Source: Hydrolagus colliei
Lineage: Eukaryota
Assembly: GCA_035084275.1 (NCBI GenBank)
Contig: CM068766.1
Location: 5,332,001-5,396,000 of the forward strand
DNA: 64,000 nt
Direction of reading: 5' to 3'
The notes under the pieces were generated by a model that worked only from the letters and a program-made list of their open reading frames with translations, was not told the origin of the DNA and ran no database searches. Shown piece after piece: positions 11,360 through 23,906 of this stretch. How positions within the stretch are numbered: position 1 is the first letter of the stretch; each line of letters begins with the position of its first letter. Made by a program: the position numbers and the translations under genes.

Positions 11360-11873
11360 GCTTTTCTCTGCCTTCTCTCACTTCCACAACATTGCCCGAC
11401 TCTGCCACTACCTACCCCTCAGGCTGCTGAAAGTCTCATCAAGTCCAAGCTCAACTATGCCAACACCCAGTTTGCCGGCCTCCTTCATAGGCTGCAGATC
11501 ATCCGGAACTCTGCAGCCCGTTCGCCCTTTCACACCAGGCCCAGCGAACCTATCATCCCAATTCTCACCCGACTCCACTGGCTTCCCATCGCTCAGAGGA
11601 TTCAATTCAAGATCATGGTCTTCACCTTTAAAACCTTCCATGGCCTTCCCCCACCCTACGTCTGCGCCCTCTTAACCTTCTACCAACTTGTCCGCTCCCT
11701 CCTCTCAGTGGGCTCTGGCCTTCTCCGTGTCCCCCGACCCAACCGCGCTACCATCAGTAGGTGAGCCTTTGACCACATTTAGAATTCCAGCTCAGGTGGG
11801 CAACACTGACTCTCCAGTGCCTTGGGATGTCCTCCCAATGTGAAAGGCACTACACAAATGTAATCTTGTTGTT
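11360..11873 (+). mobile_element. L2 LINE 3' fragment
   Basis: ORF has SKLNYANT...LQIIRNSAAR...ILTRLHWLPIAQRIQFKI...FHGLPPPY (L2 ORF2 C-terminus); tail gccttgggatgtcctcccaatgtgaaaggcac...(ttg)n. Confidence 0.85.
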
Positions 11874-12194
11874 TCTTGGGTTTTAAGATTTTACAGGACA
11901 AGTATGTGTCAATTTAGCATGTTTTTCGGGTTATAGTCTGACACTCCAGCACTGAGGAAACACTGATTGTTTTTCCCTTGGGTACCCTTTAGAAAACGAA
12001 TGACAGGTCGAATCCATTGTAACCCCATAGTCACCTGCATCCAATATTACAGCCGCTGCACGACAGCGAAAACAAAAGAAAATATCTGACGTTCAGGTTG
12101 TTAGGTCACCACTAATGTTGGTAAGCACAAGAGTGCCATTGACATTGCCTTGCAAATGCACATTTAGGAAGTCGCATTAGCAGCTTGCACATAA

Positions 12195-12556
12195 TAAGAC
12201 ATAAGATTCTTAAAGGGCTAGATAAAGTAGGCACTGAGGGACTGTTTCCCCTGGTAGGAGAATCTATAACCAGGGTTCACAGTCTTAAAATTAAGGGTCA
12301 GCCTTTTAGAACAGAGTTGAGGAAACATTTCTTCACTCATAATTTATGGAATTCACTATCCCAGAAGGCTGTAGATGCTCAGTCCTTGAACATTTTCAAG
12401 ACTGAGAGACTGATAGATCTTTGAAAAATAGAGGAATTAGGGGATATGGGGATAGGGCAGGTAATCAGAGTTAGGTGAGAAGATCAGCTATGATCTTATT
12501 GAATGGCGGAGCAGGCTCAAAGGGCCTACTTCTGCTCCTAATTCTTATGTTCTTAT
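12195..12556 (+). mobile_element. CR1 LINE 3' end
   Basis: KILKGLDKV...LFPLVGESITRVHSLKIKGQPFRTELRKHFF and tail cctacttctgctcctaattcttatgttctta; same family as 53850-54220. Confidence 0.85.
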
Positions 12557-13583
12557 AATAGTGCTTTCCTATAGTGCCAATCACCTAACCAGCTGGCCAT
12601 TTTATTACACAGTAAATGATAGAAGCTGAGTTTATTGCATTTCAAGTTCACAATCGTTAAGTTGAATCTGCCCTTACGTTTAATGGAGTTGTTCGGTAAG
12701 TTCCTCTAATGTCATGGCCAACATCACTCCAGATGCATTTCTTATTCCCATCATGGGCTTAAAGGTCCAAGTAGCTGTTGTGCTTGGCACAAAATGAGTT
12801 AGTGAATAAGGGAGAGATTTTGAGTGTGTGTGTCTGCGTATGTGTGCACCAGGTAGTGCCATTGCATGACTTGTATTAGTCTGCAAAAGTTGGGCACTAT
12901 CTCTTCTGGAAAAGCAAAGGTTGTCATTTGCCTAGAGGTTGGATTTAAAGTTATGGTATATAGTTTGTGTACTGATCAATAAGGAAAAGTTCTGTGCCCC
13001 ACGGCCACTTGTCATGCACCAATTTGCTCTGAGCATGGTATTTTTATGGGCTTGTCAGTGGCTCTTTGTGTAGCAGGTGCACAAGTGTGCATTTCCCCTG
13101 CCTCTCCACCCCTTCCACAGGTCCCTAGGGAACCTGTAAAGATTGGCAATGCAGCAGTTATTGACTCGATTTGACAGTTGTCTGGTAGCCGGCAGGTTAG
13201 GGCAGGAAAGTACTTATTTTCTGAGGGTATTTTACTCTCGAGGGTTTTGGCCACCCAATCCCCATTATGTCTATATTCTCCGGGTTAAACACCCAACCAC
13301 TTATACTTATCTTTACCTGACAGTCAGAAGGAACTGATCAGTGGTAAGTGTGCTCCGTGTCACTTGCTGCCTCCCTGTGCAGAGATCAGGACCTGAGGAG
13401 TCATACTATGGCATCGATTCGATGCTCCATCCTTCAGCACATTGTTTAAGCAGACTTCTCAACAGGTAAGATAAATGGTTCGGTTTCCCCTTTGCCACGC
13501 TGTGAAGTGGTGGAGATTGTATAGTTTCCAATATAGTTGTTAATAATAATAATACTAATAAGCCTTGCATTTGATGTAGAGCT

Positions 13584-13891
13584 TAATAATAATCTTTGTA
13601 TTTTTAATATAGCGCTTTTCACGTCTTCTAGACATTCCACTACACACAATATACTGTGAAGTGAATTAACTGTATATTTGTGGGCAAAACACGGCAGCCA
13701 ATTGCGCACAGCAGTGTCCCATAAACAGTCGTGGATTGAAATGACCAATTTTATTGTATTTTTTTGGAGGGATTATTATTATGCATGTGTAGTAAGGAAA
13801 CTTGCCCAAGGTTACGCTCTGACCTGACTGGATTTGAATACAAGTCTCATGCTTATAGAGGGGGTGCTCTAACCACTGAGCCAGGACTCCC
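13584..13891 (-). mobile_element. Near full-length tRNA-headed Deu-domain SINE with L2-type tail (representative; dozens of copies or fragments in the window)
   Basis: Minus strand: A-box-like TGGCTCAGTGGTTAGAGC head, core GGACACTGCTGTGCGCAATTGGCTGCC, tail AAAAGCGCTATATT...(ATT)n. Confidence 0.85.
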
Positions 13892-14699
13892 TTTTCTAGG
13901 CATCTCAAAATGCATCACAGAATATACTGAATATACTGTAAAGTGAATCGACTGTATATTTGTAGGTGAAACGGGGCAGCCAATTACGTAGCAGTGTCCA
14001 AGAAACACTCGTAGATTGAAATGACCAATTTATTATTGTTTTTTTTTGCTTGAGGGATTATTATCAGATGTATGGAGTAAGGAAAGTTGCCCGATGTTTA
14101 GTCCTATCTGGAATCGAACCCAGGAAAGGCAAGCTTTAACCACTGAGCTACAGGACTCCAAAACACTGTTGTGCTCCCAATTAAAATACTTACTGTATTT
14201 AAGAGTGAAATACTCAAATTCAATGTTTGAACATAAAGCAACAATATTAAATGTAATAGAAAGTAAAAATAGTATCTTTTGAGTCAACAAAGTTATTGTT
14301 GCAAGCCAGAGAACCTGAGTTTGATCTCCAGCCAGGCGAAATGTGGAGCTAAATGTTTCCTTAATCCACACACCTCTTTTTACCTAAGTGGGAACCCATT
14401 TGTTACTCAATTGGCAACAAACAAAACTTACATTTATATAGCGCCTTTCACGTCGAGAGGACATCCCAAGGCGCTGTACAGTCAGGTAGGACAAGAGCAG
14501 GGTGGGAAGGATCAGGGCAGGATGAAGAATAGTAGGAAAAGTAACTGTATATTAGTGGGCGAAACGTGGCAGCCAAATTGCGCACAGCAGTGTCCCACAA
14601 TCAGTCATGGAAGTGGGACTAGGGGCAAAAGGGGGTAAAGAAGCAAAAGGGGAGTGGCTTTTCCAGGCGCAATCTTGATTGGCTTAAGCCAGCGCCTCC

Positions 14700-15455
14700 A
14701 TACCTCAGGTACTGGGAGTATCAACCTCCATGGTTACACACTCCACCTCACCAAGCCAGTCAGGAACCTTGGTGTCTTGTTTGATCCTCAACTTGTCTTT
14801 TCTCCCGCACATCCATGCCATGACCTGCTCTGCCTTCACTCACCTCCGCAACACTGCCTGACTCCACCACTACTACTAACTGGCTGAAGCTCTCATTCAT
14901 GCCTTCATCACATCCAGACTTGTTTATGCCTGTTTGTCGATCTCCGCAACTCCTCCCTCTGTAGGCTGCAGATCATCCAGGTCAGAACTCTTCATCCTGT
15001 GTCCTCTCCCACACCAAGCTCCGTGATATTATCACCCTCATTTTCGGCTGAGTCCACTGACTTCCCATCACCTAGAGGATTCAATTCAAGTTCCTGGTCC
15101 TTATTTTTAAAGCCCCCCCATGGCCTTCCCACACCGTACCTCTGTGACCTCCTAATCACCCTATCATCCTGTCCAGTCCCTCCACTCAACGGGCTCCGGC
15201 CTGCTCTATATCCCTGACCCACCCGCCCCACCATCGGTGGGCAAGCTTTCAGCAACTCTGCCTCCAACCATTGTAATTCCATCTCACCATCCCTTTGCTT
15301 CGCCCCTCCTTCAAGTCCCACCTCAAGACCCTCTTCTTCGACCGTGCCATCGGTCACCACTTCACCTTCCCTGATCTCGACTTCAGCTCGGGTCCAGCAG
15401 CTTGGGATGTCCTATCGATATGAAAGGCACTATACAAATGTAACTTTGTTGTTGT
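14700..15455 (+). mobile_element. L2 LINE 3' fragment, degraded
   Basis: VRNLGVLFDPQL motif and L2 tail (gatgtcctatcgatatgaaaggcactatacaaatgtaac-(ttg)n). Confidence 0.8.
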
Positions 15456-16022
15456 AATAACCCTTAAAAAAATTAATAAACTCAGTTTGCGGGGCACTAC
15501 TATGCGCAATTACATGTTGTGTTTTTCCCACCACATATACAGTCCATTCATTTTACAGTATTCTGTGAAGTGCTTTGGGACGTCTTGAATGCTTGATATG
15601 GAACTATATCAAATGCTATTATTGTGTTGATTTCCATTCCTTTATCTCCATCTATTGGTGAAAATTCAAACTACAGCTCGGCTCATTGGACTAGAATAAT
15701 CAAACATTGCTGAAAAGGAGTTCCATTCTGTGAAAGTTTCCTCCAGTAAAACTCTTCTTCCTGAAAGATGATACAGTTACTTGAGTTTTGCCCACAAAAT
15801 CATGTAGTAATCCAATGGAAAAAATATGGTCACTCAATGCACGTCTGTCTGTCACTGCTGAGTGCAATTGGCTGCTGTGTTTCGTCCATAAAATATACAG
15901 TCTCTACGGTTTGAAGTGTATCCTGTGAGTCGCTTTTAGACATTTTGAAGATGTGATTGGAGTCGCTATATCGAATGCAAGGATGATTATTAAAATATAC
16001 AGTCAATTCACTTTACAGTATA

Positions 16023-16285
16023 AAACAATAACAGAAATCGCTGGGAACACTCAGCAGGTCAGGCAGCATCTATGGAGAAAGGAAAGTGAGTGAACGTTTC
16101 AGGTCCACAACCCTTTGTCAGAATAGCTGTGCCTCAAGCTCTGCATTTACCCACTGTTCTGATGGAGGGTCGTGGACCCGAAACGTTGACTCATTTTTCT
16201 TTCTCCTTAGATGCTGCCTGACCTCCTGAGTGTTCCCAGCGCTATCTGTTTCTGTTTTAGACTTCCAGCATCGTTTTTGCATTTT
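16023..16285. mobile_element. Penelope-like retroelement remnant (inverted pseudo-LTR pair) with hammerhead-like motif
   Basis: About 95-bp inverted arms (CTCAGCAGGTCAGGCAGCATCT...AGATGCTGCCTGACCTCCTGAG); motif CTGATGGA-GGGTC-GTG-GACCC-GAAACGTT at 16159-16187; flanked by the 17-bp direct repeat ATTCACTTTACAGTATA (16006-16022, 16286-16302). Confidence 0.75.
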
Positions 16286-16586
16286 ATTCACTTTACAGTA
16301 TATTCTGTGACATGCTTTGAGACGTCTTAAAAACGTGATGCGGTGTATATCAAATGCAAGGATTATTATTATTAATACAGGTTACGCCTGGTAGAGACCC
16401 ATATCATACATCCTGACCAGTAGGTTATTCTCTGGTTGGCTGCTGTGAAACTGAGCATTTAAGTAGTCTCTTGAACCTTGCTCGAAGATTTATTAATAAT
16501 AATTTGCTCACTTAATGCGGGTCACTGCTGTACACAATTGGCTGCTGTGTTTTCGCCCACGATATATAAAGTCAATTCACTTGATA

Positions 16587-16794
16587 CAGTAAAAACCCAT
16601 TTATCTGGCATCCAATCAACCGTAACTTCCGTATAACCGGCATCACAAAAAAAAGGTCCGCATTCGATTAACCGGAATTTATCCGGAAAAATGCATTTTT
16701 TAAAACAAAGTTTCTTTTTTGCGTTTTTGGCCGAATATCCGGCACGCGCTTTAACAGGCATTGGCCAGGGTGCCAGATAAATGGGCTTTTACTG
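16587..16794. mobile_element. Tigger/pogo-like (Tc1/mariner superfamily) MITE
   Basis: 24-bp TIR CAGTAAAAaCCCATTTATCTGGCA / TGCCAGATAAATGGGCTTTTACTG; TA on both flanks; inside a SINE. Confidence 0.88.
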
Positions 16795-19589
16795 TAGTAT
16801 GAAGCGCTTTGAGACATATTGAGGAAGTGATAAGGCGCTATATCAAATGCAAGGATTATTTTTTATTTTATTAAAGGAGCTGAGACATTGAGTGTTGATA
16901 GATTATTCAACCTTATAGGGTGGGGTCAGGATAAGAGAGGTTCACTCAGATCTTGGATCTTTTTCTTACCCAGTGCTTGATTGAATTAATTTCTCTCTTG
17001 ACGGCTTAAGAGTGGTCAGGAATGAGTTACCGGTACCTTACTTTCTCACTACAATATTAGTCTAGCTGTTTCCTGGCTTGGGATCGAATAATAAGTAGGA
17101 AATAGTTTTATATGGATTTTACTTTGGAAAATCAACTTGAGCTTCCTTCTTGCATTTCTGACAATACAATGGTCTCTGACAGGGGTTAAAATATACTGCT
17201 GAAAGCAGCTCCTTGAGATTTTCTCAAGGACTTTGAATAACCATATTTATTGTGGCTAAGATAGTTTTAATAGAGAATAAAGTGTTAAACATTTCCCCTG
17301 GAAATGTTTGTTTATTGTGAATTCTAATCCCTGGTTATTTTTGCATTTAGTTTAAATCACTGATTGAGTTAGGAACCGATTATTGACTGATTATGTACTT
17401 ACTTTTGGTGCACTGATATAATAATATGAAAGTGTTTACTGATTTTTATTTACCCTTCTAGCAGAGGGTAATCCATAACTGAACCCACAACTGTTTGTGG
17501 GATACTGCTGTGAGCAATTGGCTAATACATTTGGCTGACCAAATATTCAGTAAATTCACTTTACAGTATATTCACTTTGAGACATCTTGACATCATGATA
17601 AGGCACTGTATGAGATGCATGGTTTTTAGTTATTGTTAAGTGTTGTTGAGCTGGTTTTATGTATCTCCACTCATGCAGAATTACTCATGCTGCACCAATT
17701 CAGTTGGTTAGTTCACTGCGGTGGAACCAGTTTGTGTCTGTAATTGGAATCCGCAGAGGGCAATCCTAACTCTTCCATTGGAAATAGCTTAATTAGCTGT
17801 GAAATGAGAAATGTCTGCTCTGGAGAATGGGTGGGGGGGATGGGATTCTACATTAGTGGAAAGATTAACCACATTGATATGAATTTATGTCTAGCTAATT
17901 GTTAAATGGCTAGATACATAGTGCATATCTAAAAAAAATCCTGTTCTCTTTTAAACCAAGATTTTTTAAAAAAGCTTTCAAACAATTATGTTCTAATAGC
18001 TTGCCAGAATATTGCTGACTTTTTTTAAAACTGGAAATATTGCGACGTCTTTGCAATATTCTGAATAAACCTAAAATAATTTATTGTGTGCTATAGATAA
18101 TAGATTGAGCTGGTTAAGCCTCATATCCTGGCACTTTGAGCTAAGTTTTCACTTCAATACAGTGTTATGTTCTTATGGGCAAGTGTTGCATTGTAGCAGG
18201 TGCTGTCCTTTGAGTGAGAGATTAAATTGACATGCTGTCTGCCTGTTCAGGTGAATGTTAAAGATCCCAAGGCATTATTTATGTGCCTTGGGATCATTAA
18301 TGTCTAGGAGACATTGCTGATCGCAAATTGTTGGCTGTGTTTATCTACAAAATATGCAGTTATTATACTTCACAGTAAATTCTGTGGCTCTCTTCCTGAT
18401 ATAAAAGTTTCTATGTCAAATAAAAGGATTATTAAATAATAATAAATTGGTCACTTAAATCCACAACTGTTTGTGGTTCACTGATGTAATAAGCTCTATA
18501 TCATATGTAAGGATAATTATTATAAATGGCTACATTCTGTGTTGCTGTCACATCCTCCATGCCAGAAGCTAAGTGCAATACAAGTTCACAGGACACCCCC
18601 CCCATTCCCAGCTTAGATTTAAAACGTATAACTGGCCACTTTATATCACGGCATTTTGTGTTAAAGCTTCTTGAATCATCAAAATTTCATAGGTAATAAT
18701 TAAAATCTACATTGAACCAACTAGCCTGCTCGTATTTATGGTCTGATTTGGGTGGTTGGTTTTTTTTGCTTGGTTGATGTTGAGTTTTCTTACAGCAACC
18801 AAAGTTTTAAGTTAAAAATCAGTCACTATTTTGTCAAATGGGCAATTAACATACATTATCGAGCATCTGGTGGTGGGCTAGAGAATGTTAGCCCATTGGT
18901 TTTTCAGTCTTAAATTAGATTATTTTAATTTAACTAAAACTCTTTAATTCTATCTATTTTTATTAAAATTCAGTTTGAATGTGTTGCTGTGGCTGCTTTG
19001 AATAAACGGTAAGTATACTCCGCCTATTTTGCAGTACAAGTGGCCACATTTAATTGGTCTTTTGGATCGTTTTTGGAACAGAAATGTCACAGTTGATAAT
19101 TTCGAACTGATCTATTTTTAAGCATGGAATGCCTGAGTGAGCTGTAGCAAAAACAAAACAAATTGTGTTTTCAAAAAATTAGAACTCTGTTAACGTCCTA
19201 CTTACACAACCTGTTGCAGAGAGTAATTCTACGTAGGAGAGGGAATCTTCAAATGAGAGTTTCACTATTCGGTGAAACAGGGAATCCAGATAAATATGGT
19301 TTACATAGCAGGTGGTGAGAATATGGAACTGACTATCACCAAAGGCCATAATAGCAACAATAACTTGCTTTATATAGCGTCCCTCATGCAGGTTAGTGTC
19401 CCAGAGCTCTTGACAGTGGCAGAGCATGACCTGGAGGTGGGAGGTGACTAGGCACGGTCAACAGGAAGGTCTTCAGGCACAACCTGGGAAGGAAGGGGCA
19501 AGCCAGAGGGATAGAGGAAACATTGATTGAATTGTGCACAAGAGATGGATTTGAGTGAGTGATAATGTAGAGAAAAGTTAGAGAGGATT

Positions 19590-19850
19590 ACAAGCAGGAG
19601 ACCTAGGTTCAATTCCAGGCAGGGCGAAATCTTGGGCAAGTTTCCTTACTTCCCACGGCTAATAATAATCACTCAAAAAAACAATAATTAATTGGTTATT
19701 TCAATCCGTGACTGTTTGTGGGACTTTCTGTGCGCAATTAGCTGCCGCGTTTCTTCCACAAATATACAGTCAATTCCCTTTACAGTATATTCTGTGAAGT
19801 GCTTTGAGATGCCCAGAAGACATGAAAATCGCTATATCAAACGCAAGGAA
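19590..19850 (+). mobile_element. Deu-domain SINE copy
   Basis: B-box-like GGTTCAATTCC, gggcaagtttccttactt, core and gcaagga tail. Confidence 0.82.
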
Positions 19851-21831
19851 TAGAAGACTTAATGGCAGAGCAAGCTCAGCAGGTCTACTAACCTACTGTT
19901 CCTATTCTGTTCAGATCAAAATGGCAACATTTTTTATTGCAATGAGAGGTGAGCAGCTCCTGGTCAAGCTCTGTACCTCCAACTAGTAGAACCATCATTC
20001 AATAGGAAGAGATGTGTGATCAAGCTGTGGGCAGGAAGGTGGTGGCAATGCTCTCACATATTTCATGCTGAGCTACGTTGATCAACAGGAAGCTGGTACC
20101 TGCCGTCCACCCACTGAGGGCTCAAACCCGTGCTTGTCGGATGTCAAGTGACCAACTAATAACTAATCCTGGTGGGGGGGTAGGGGATAAGAGGTAAACT
20201 GGGACTATCAGCAGAATGTCAGAATTGAGTCAACCCTCTGTGGTGGTCTCGGTAGCTCAGTTCTTGAGCCAGTACTTCAATTCCTGAAGTAGTACTTTGG
20301 TGACCTGCTGATGATAGGTAATTGCGATGTCCTCTCAACATGAAAGGCACTATACAAATGTTATCTTGTTGTAGCCAACCTAGCTGATCAGCATAACTTG
20401 AAAGGGCAAATAAGTCACTGGGGACAAGGCATTCTTCCCACTCAGCTGCTGTTAACCCTGTAAGCCAAAGCCCTAATTGGTAGAATGTTCTTATCTGCCA
20501 AATGTGAGTTTATTTACAAGCTATGCAGTTTTAGCTGGTTATACTCTTAACAGTTATCGATCCCAAAGCACACTCTAGGGTTCTAAAGCCTTGATTTTTA
20601 AAGTCATTTAAAAACGTTCTTATCAATTTTTGTCTAATACTCCAAAATTAGCTAAGCATGATGCATTCCTCCAGAGACAGACTGTATGCATTCCAATAAA
20701 TACCGTGCGAATTTCCATGTATAGGTGGCATGCGTGGAACTCTATTTGGTTTGGATCCTCTCAATAATTTTAATAATAATAATTCTTCCATTTGATATAT
20801 CGCCTTATCTTCGACACGTCTCAAAGCACTTCACATAATATACTGTAATATCAATTGACTATATTTTGTGGGTGAAACGCGGCAGCCAATTGCTCACAGT
20901 ATGTCGCACAAACAGTGGTGGATTGAATGACCATATTATTATTTTTAAGAGATTATTACCCGTGGAAAAGCGAGGAATTTGAATGATTTTAATCACTTTA
21001 AAAATCAAAAGGAGTTGTTTTTAGGATGATTTTTTAGAAACTATATACTGTATTGTGGATGATATTCACCTTAGAGTGGGTGAAAACCTGATATCTAAGA
21101 CAGCTTGTTATGGTTTTGCATTCCCTTTGTTTCAGTGTGGATGGATCCTCTGCCATGTAGTTGAGCACTTATCCTGCCCTCTAGTGTCTGATGATTGATA
21201 TTGTTGGCTCATTCATCAGGTTTGAATAGCAAATGTTTTTGTAAAAAAAAAGGAAATATCAGATAAAATAAGCGTCTAGAGATGTGCATCAGATAGGATC
21301 AGCATCTCAGAGTTAATGTTCTGGATGTGGCGCTTCATCAGAATTCTAGTCATTTGGGTAGATTTTGTTTTGAGTTCTTTTGACATTAATTAATGTGATT
21401 ATTTTCTGTTTAATAATCATCTCTGTTGATATTAATACAATTTCATTGCTCTTTTAATTTTAGAAAGTTTTCAAACCTGTAGGAGTTTCCTCTCCTTGCA
21501 TCAGTGCCATAATCCCCTAAAAATTAGGAATATCAATCATAATTAAACAATCTTTTTCCAAACGATGCTTGACATGAGATTTGTTCCTTGCCAATAGGTT
21601 TACAAAGGAATTGCTTGGTTTATGCTCATCCATTAATAAAAAGCCATCTTCTACCACCCCCACTGCCTATCCTCTTTAAATGATCTTTGCAACACTTCTT
21701 ACGACATGGATATTGGGGATGGGAGGAGGAAAGGGACACCGGGTGTATAGAGTAAGGAAGCAAATAGATCCAAGTCACCACATCCCAGAGATGCCTGGTC
21801 CACATCCGAGAGTTAACCGAGTGAAGTCGAA

Positions 21832-22050
21832 AACAACAACAACAACAACAAATTACATTTATAGAGCGCCTTTCACGTCGGGAGGACGTCCCAAGGCGCT
21901 GCACAGGAGGCGTGTGACCCGAGCTGGGAGGAGAGTGTTTGGGAAGGGGTGAAACACGAAGGGGAGGTAAAAGAGTTCGGGGTGGAACAAAAGGCACGAT
22001 CGAAGAGGAAAGTCTTCAAACCGGCCTTGAAAGAGGAAAGGGAAGAGACG
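21832..22050 (-). mobile_element. L2 LINE 3' end with (AAC)n tail
   Basis: (aac)n-ttacatttatagagcgcctttcacgtcgggaggacgtcccaaggcgctg. Confidence 0.8.
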
Positions 22051-22644
22051 AAACGGAGGGATTGTGTAGCGTTTTGTGGACATCCCAGAGAAAAGCTTGT
22101 AGCATCGTTTGCTGCATTCTGGGCTGTAACTGGGGGTTAAAGTGTCTTGTCTTCAAACCACACAAAACAAAAAGGAGTGTGGGTAAGGAAAATATTGTGA
22201 CTATTCCCATTTTTTAATTTACAAATTGAAAGGGCATAATCTGCATTTTTATTTCCGCCTCAGTTTAAAGGATCCGTGACAATAACAATAACAATAAAGA
22301 TACTTTAAATATATGCCTTATTGAATTAATGTCCAGAAGATAGAGGCTTTTTATTTTCAGTTTGAGATTATGAGAATCAATAACAGAGGAGGTAAGAGGA
22401 GACTTCCTTCCTTTGTTTCTGATTTTACCACGCTCTCTTTAATTTTATTTATGTGGGTGCTTGATAGTGGGGTCAAAAAAGTGGCAAAGAGGTTTAATAA
22501 TAGCATTTCATGCAGGGAATCCTGCCAGTCACAGTCGATTTTATTCAGCTTCACCTTGTTGCTTATATCATCTGATAATCTTGTCACTAATTGCAGATTC
22601 AGCAACTTTCAATCTATTGTCTTTACGCAGGTTTCGGCACAAAC

Positions 22645-22776
22645 ATGGGGTCAGAAACTCTCAATACCAGCTGTAAGATCTTGACCTTCCATCCAACCAT
22701 GGAAGAGTTCAAAAATTTTGGGAAGTATATCGCATACATCGAATCCCAGGGAGCCCACAGGGCAGGTCTCGCAAAG
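22645..22776 (+). CDS. KDM4B: KDM4B-like lysine demethylase, first coding exon (JmjN start); exon begins at 22631 with 14 nt of 5'-UTR
   Basis: Acceptor tttacgcag|G at 22630/22631; ATG at 22645 in aacATGG context; encodes [44 protein letters not shown] (KDM4 JmjN motif); donor AAG|gtaatt, phase 0. Confidence 0.95.
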
Positions 22777-23468
22777 GTAATTTGAAATTCAAGAGTCATC
22801 TAAGGCATTCATTTAAGTTCCAGATTTTATTGAACTGGAAATGTTATTTATTTGGATGCTGATTTGGTAAATTCTACAATCATTAAATCCTACCTGTGAT
22901 CCAAGACTCTGAAATATTGTGTTGTATTGCTCTATACATGGTGGTGTTCCTTGCAATTAAAATCTGAATGTGACAGGAATAGACTTCACATTGCAGGATT
23001 GCACTAAAGTGGAGTTCCCTAAATCAGTCCATTTGCTATTTCTTTTCTGTGATGCACCCCGAGATTTATGGATGTACATGGAAGAAATCTACAGGAGCAA
23101 ACCAGGGTTTAGACTGTGGTCTTCACACTTATGGGAAATACTTACTTAATCCAACCTTGGCCAATCGGCATTCAGATTGAGGTTGGCAATTTTTAAATCG
23201 CTTTATTGCTAAGGGGAAAGGGATTAAAGCGACCGTGATATGGCCAGTGTGGAAAGGTACTGTTTTGCTCTCGGCTCACACTGCCATCTACTGGAATGGT
23301 TGGATCTGGATATGGGAGAAACCCAAATGTGTCCTAATCACTTCCTTTACCTGTGATCCTCACTTGAATTGGAGTTTGAGGCATAGGCTGACCGTGCATG
23401 ATGCTTTCTTTCAACCCACTATCTTCTATGTGACTTTTTGTGACCTATCTTGTGTGTTGCACTTGCAG

Positions 23469-23644
23469 GTTATTCCTCCGAAGGACTGGAAACCAAGACA
23501 ATCCTATGGGGATATTGATGATATGACCATCCCAGCTCCAATACAGCAAGTTGTGACTGGCCAGTCTGGCCTATTCACACAGTACAACATTCAGAAGAAA
23601 TCGATGACTGTTGGGGAGTACAAGCGACTGGCTAACAGTGAGAA
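23469..23644 (+). CDS. KDM4B: KDM4B-like coding exon 2 (176 nt)
   Basis: Acceptor ttgcag|G, donor GAA|gtatgg; encodes [59 protein letters not shown]; phase 0 to 2; 'VGEY.RLANSEK' is KDM4B-type. Confidence 0.96.
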
Positions 23645-23906
23645 GTATGGAAGTTTTTAAGCTTTATTAGCAAAAATGTAAACACTGTTTGAATTAAACT
23701 CAAAACCTTAGGAAAATTTCCTTACTCCACACACCTCTATTTATTCAGTTGTAAATAGGAACCCGGTTGTTAGTCGTTTGTCAGAACGCATCCCAGAGGT
23801 AATAATCCCTCAGAAATAAATTGGGAGTGTCATTCAATCCAAACTATTTGTGCGCAATTGGCTGCTGCATTTCGCCCACAAAATAAAGTCAGTCCATTTT
23901 ACAATA

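Noticed and set aside
16014-16020. TACAGTA in the SINE looks like a Tc1/mariner excision footprint
   Set aside because: Present in most SINE copies as part of the consensus, so it is not evidence of excision at individual loci.
21290-21348. gagttaatgtt...cttcatcagaa, resembling a Penelope/hammerhead remnant
   Set aside because: Too short and degenerate to support.
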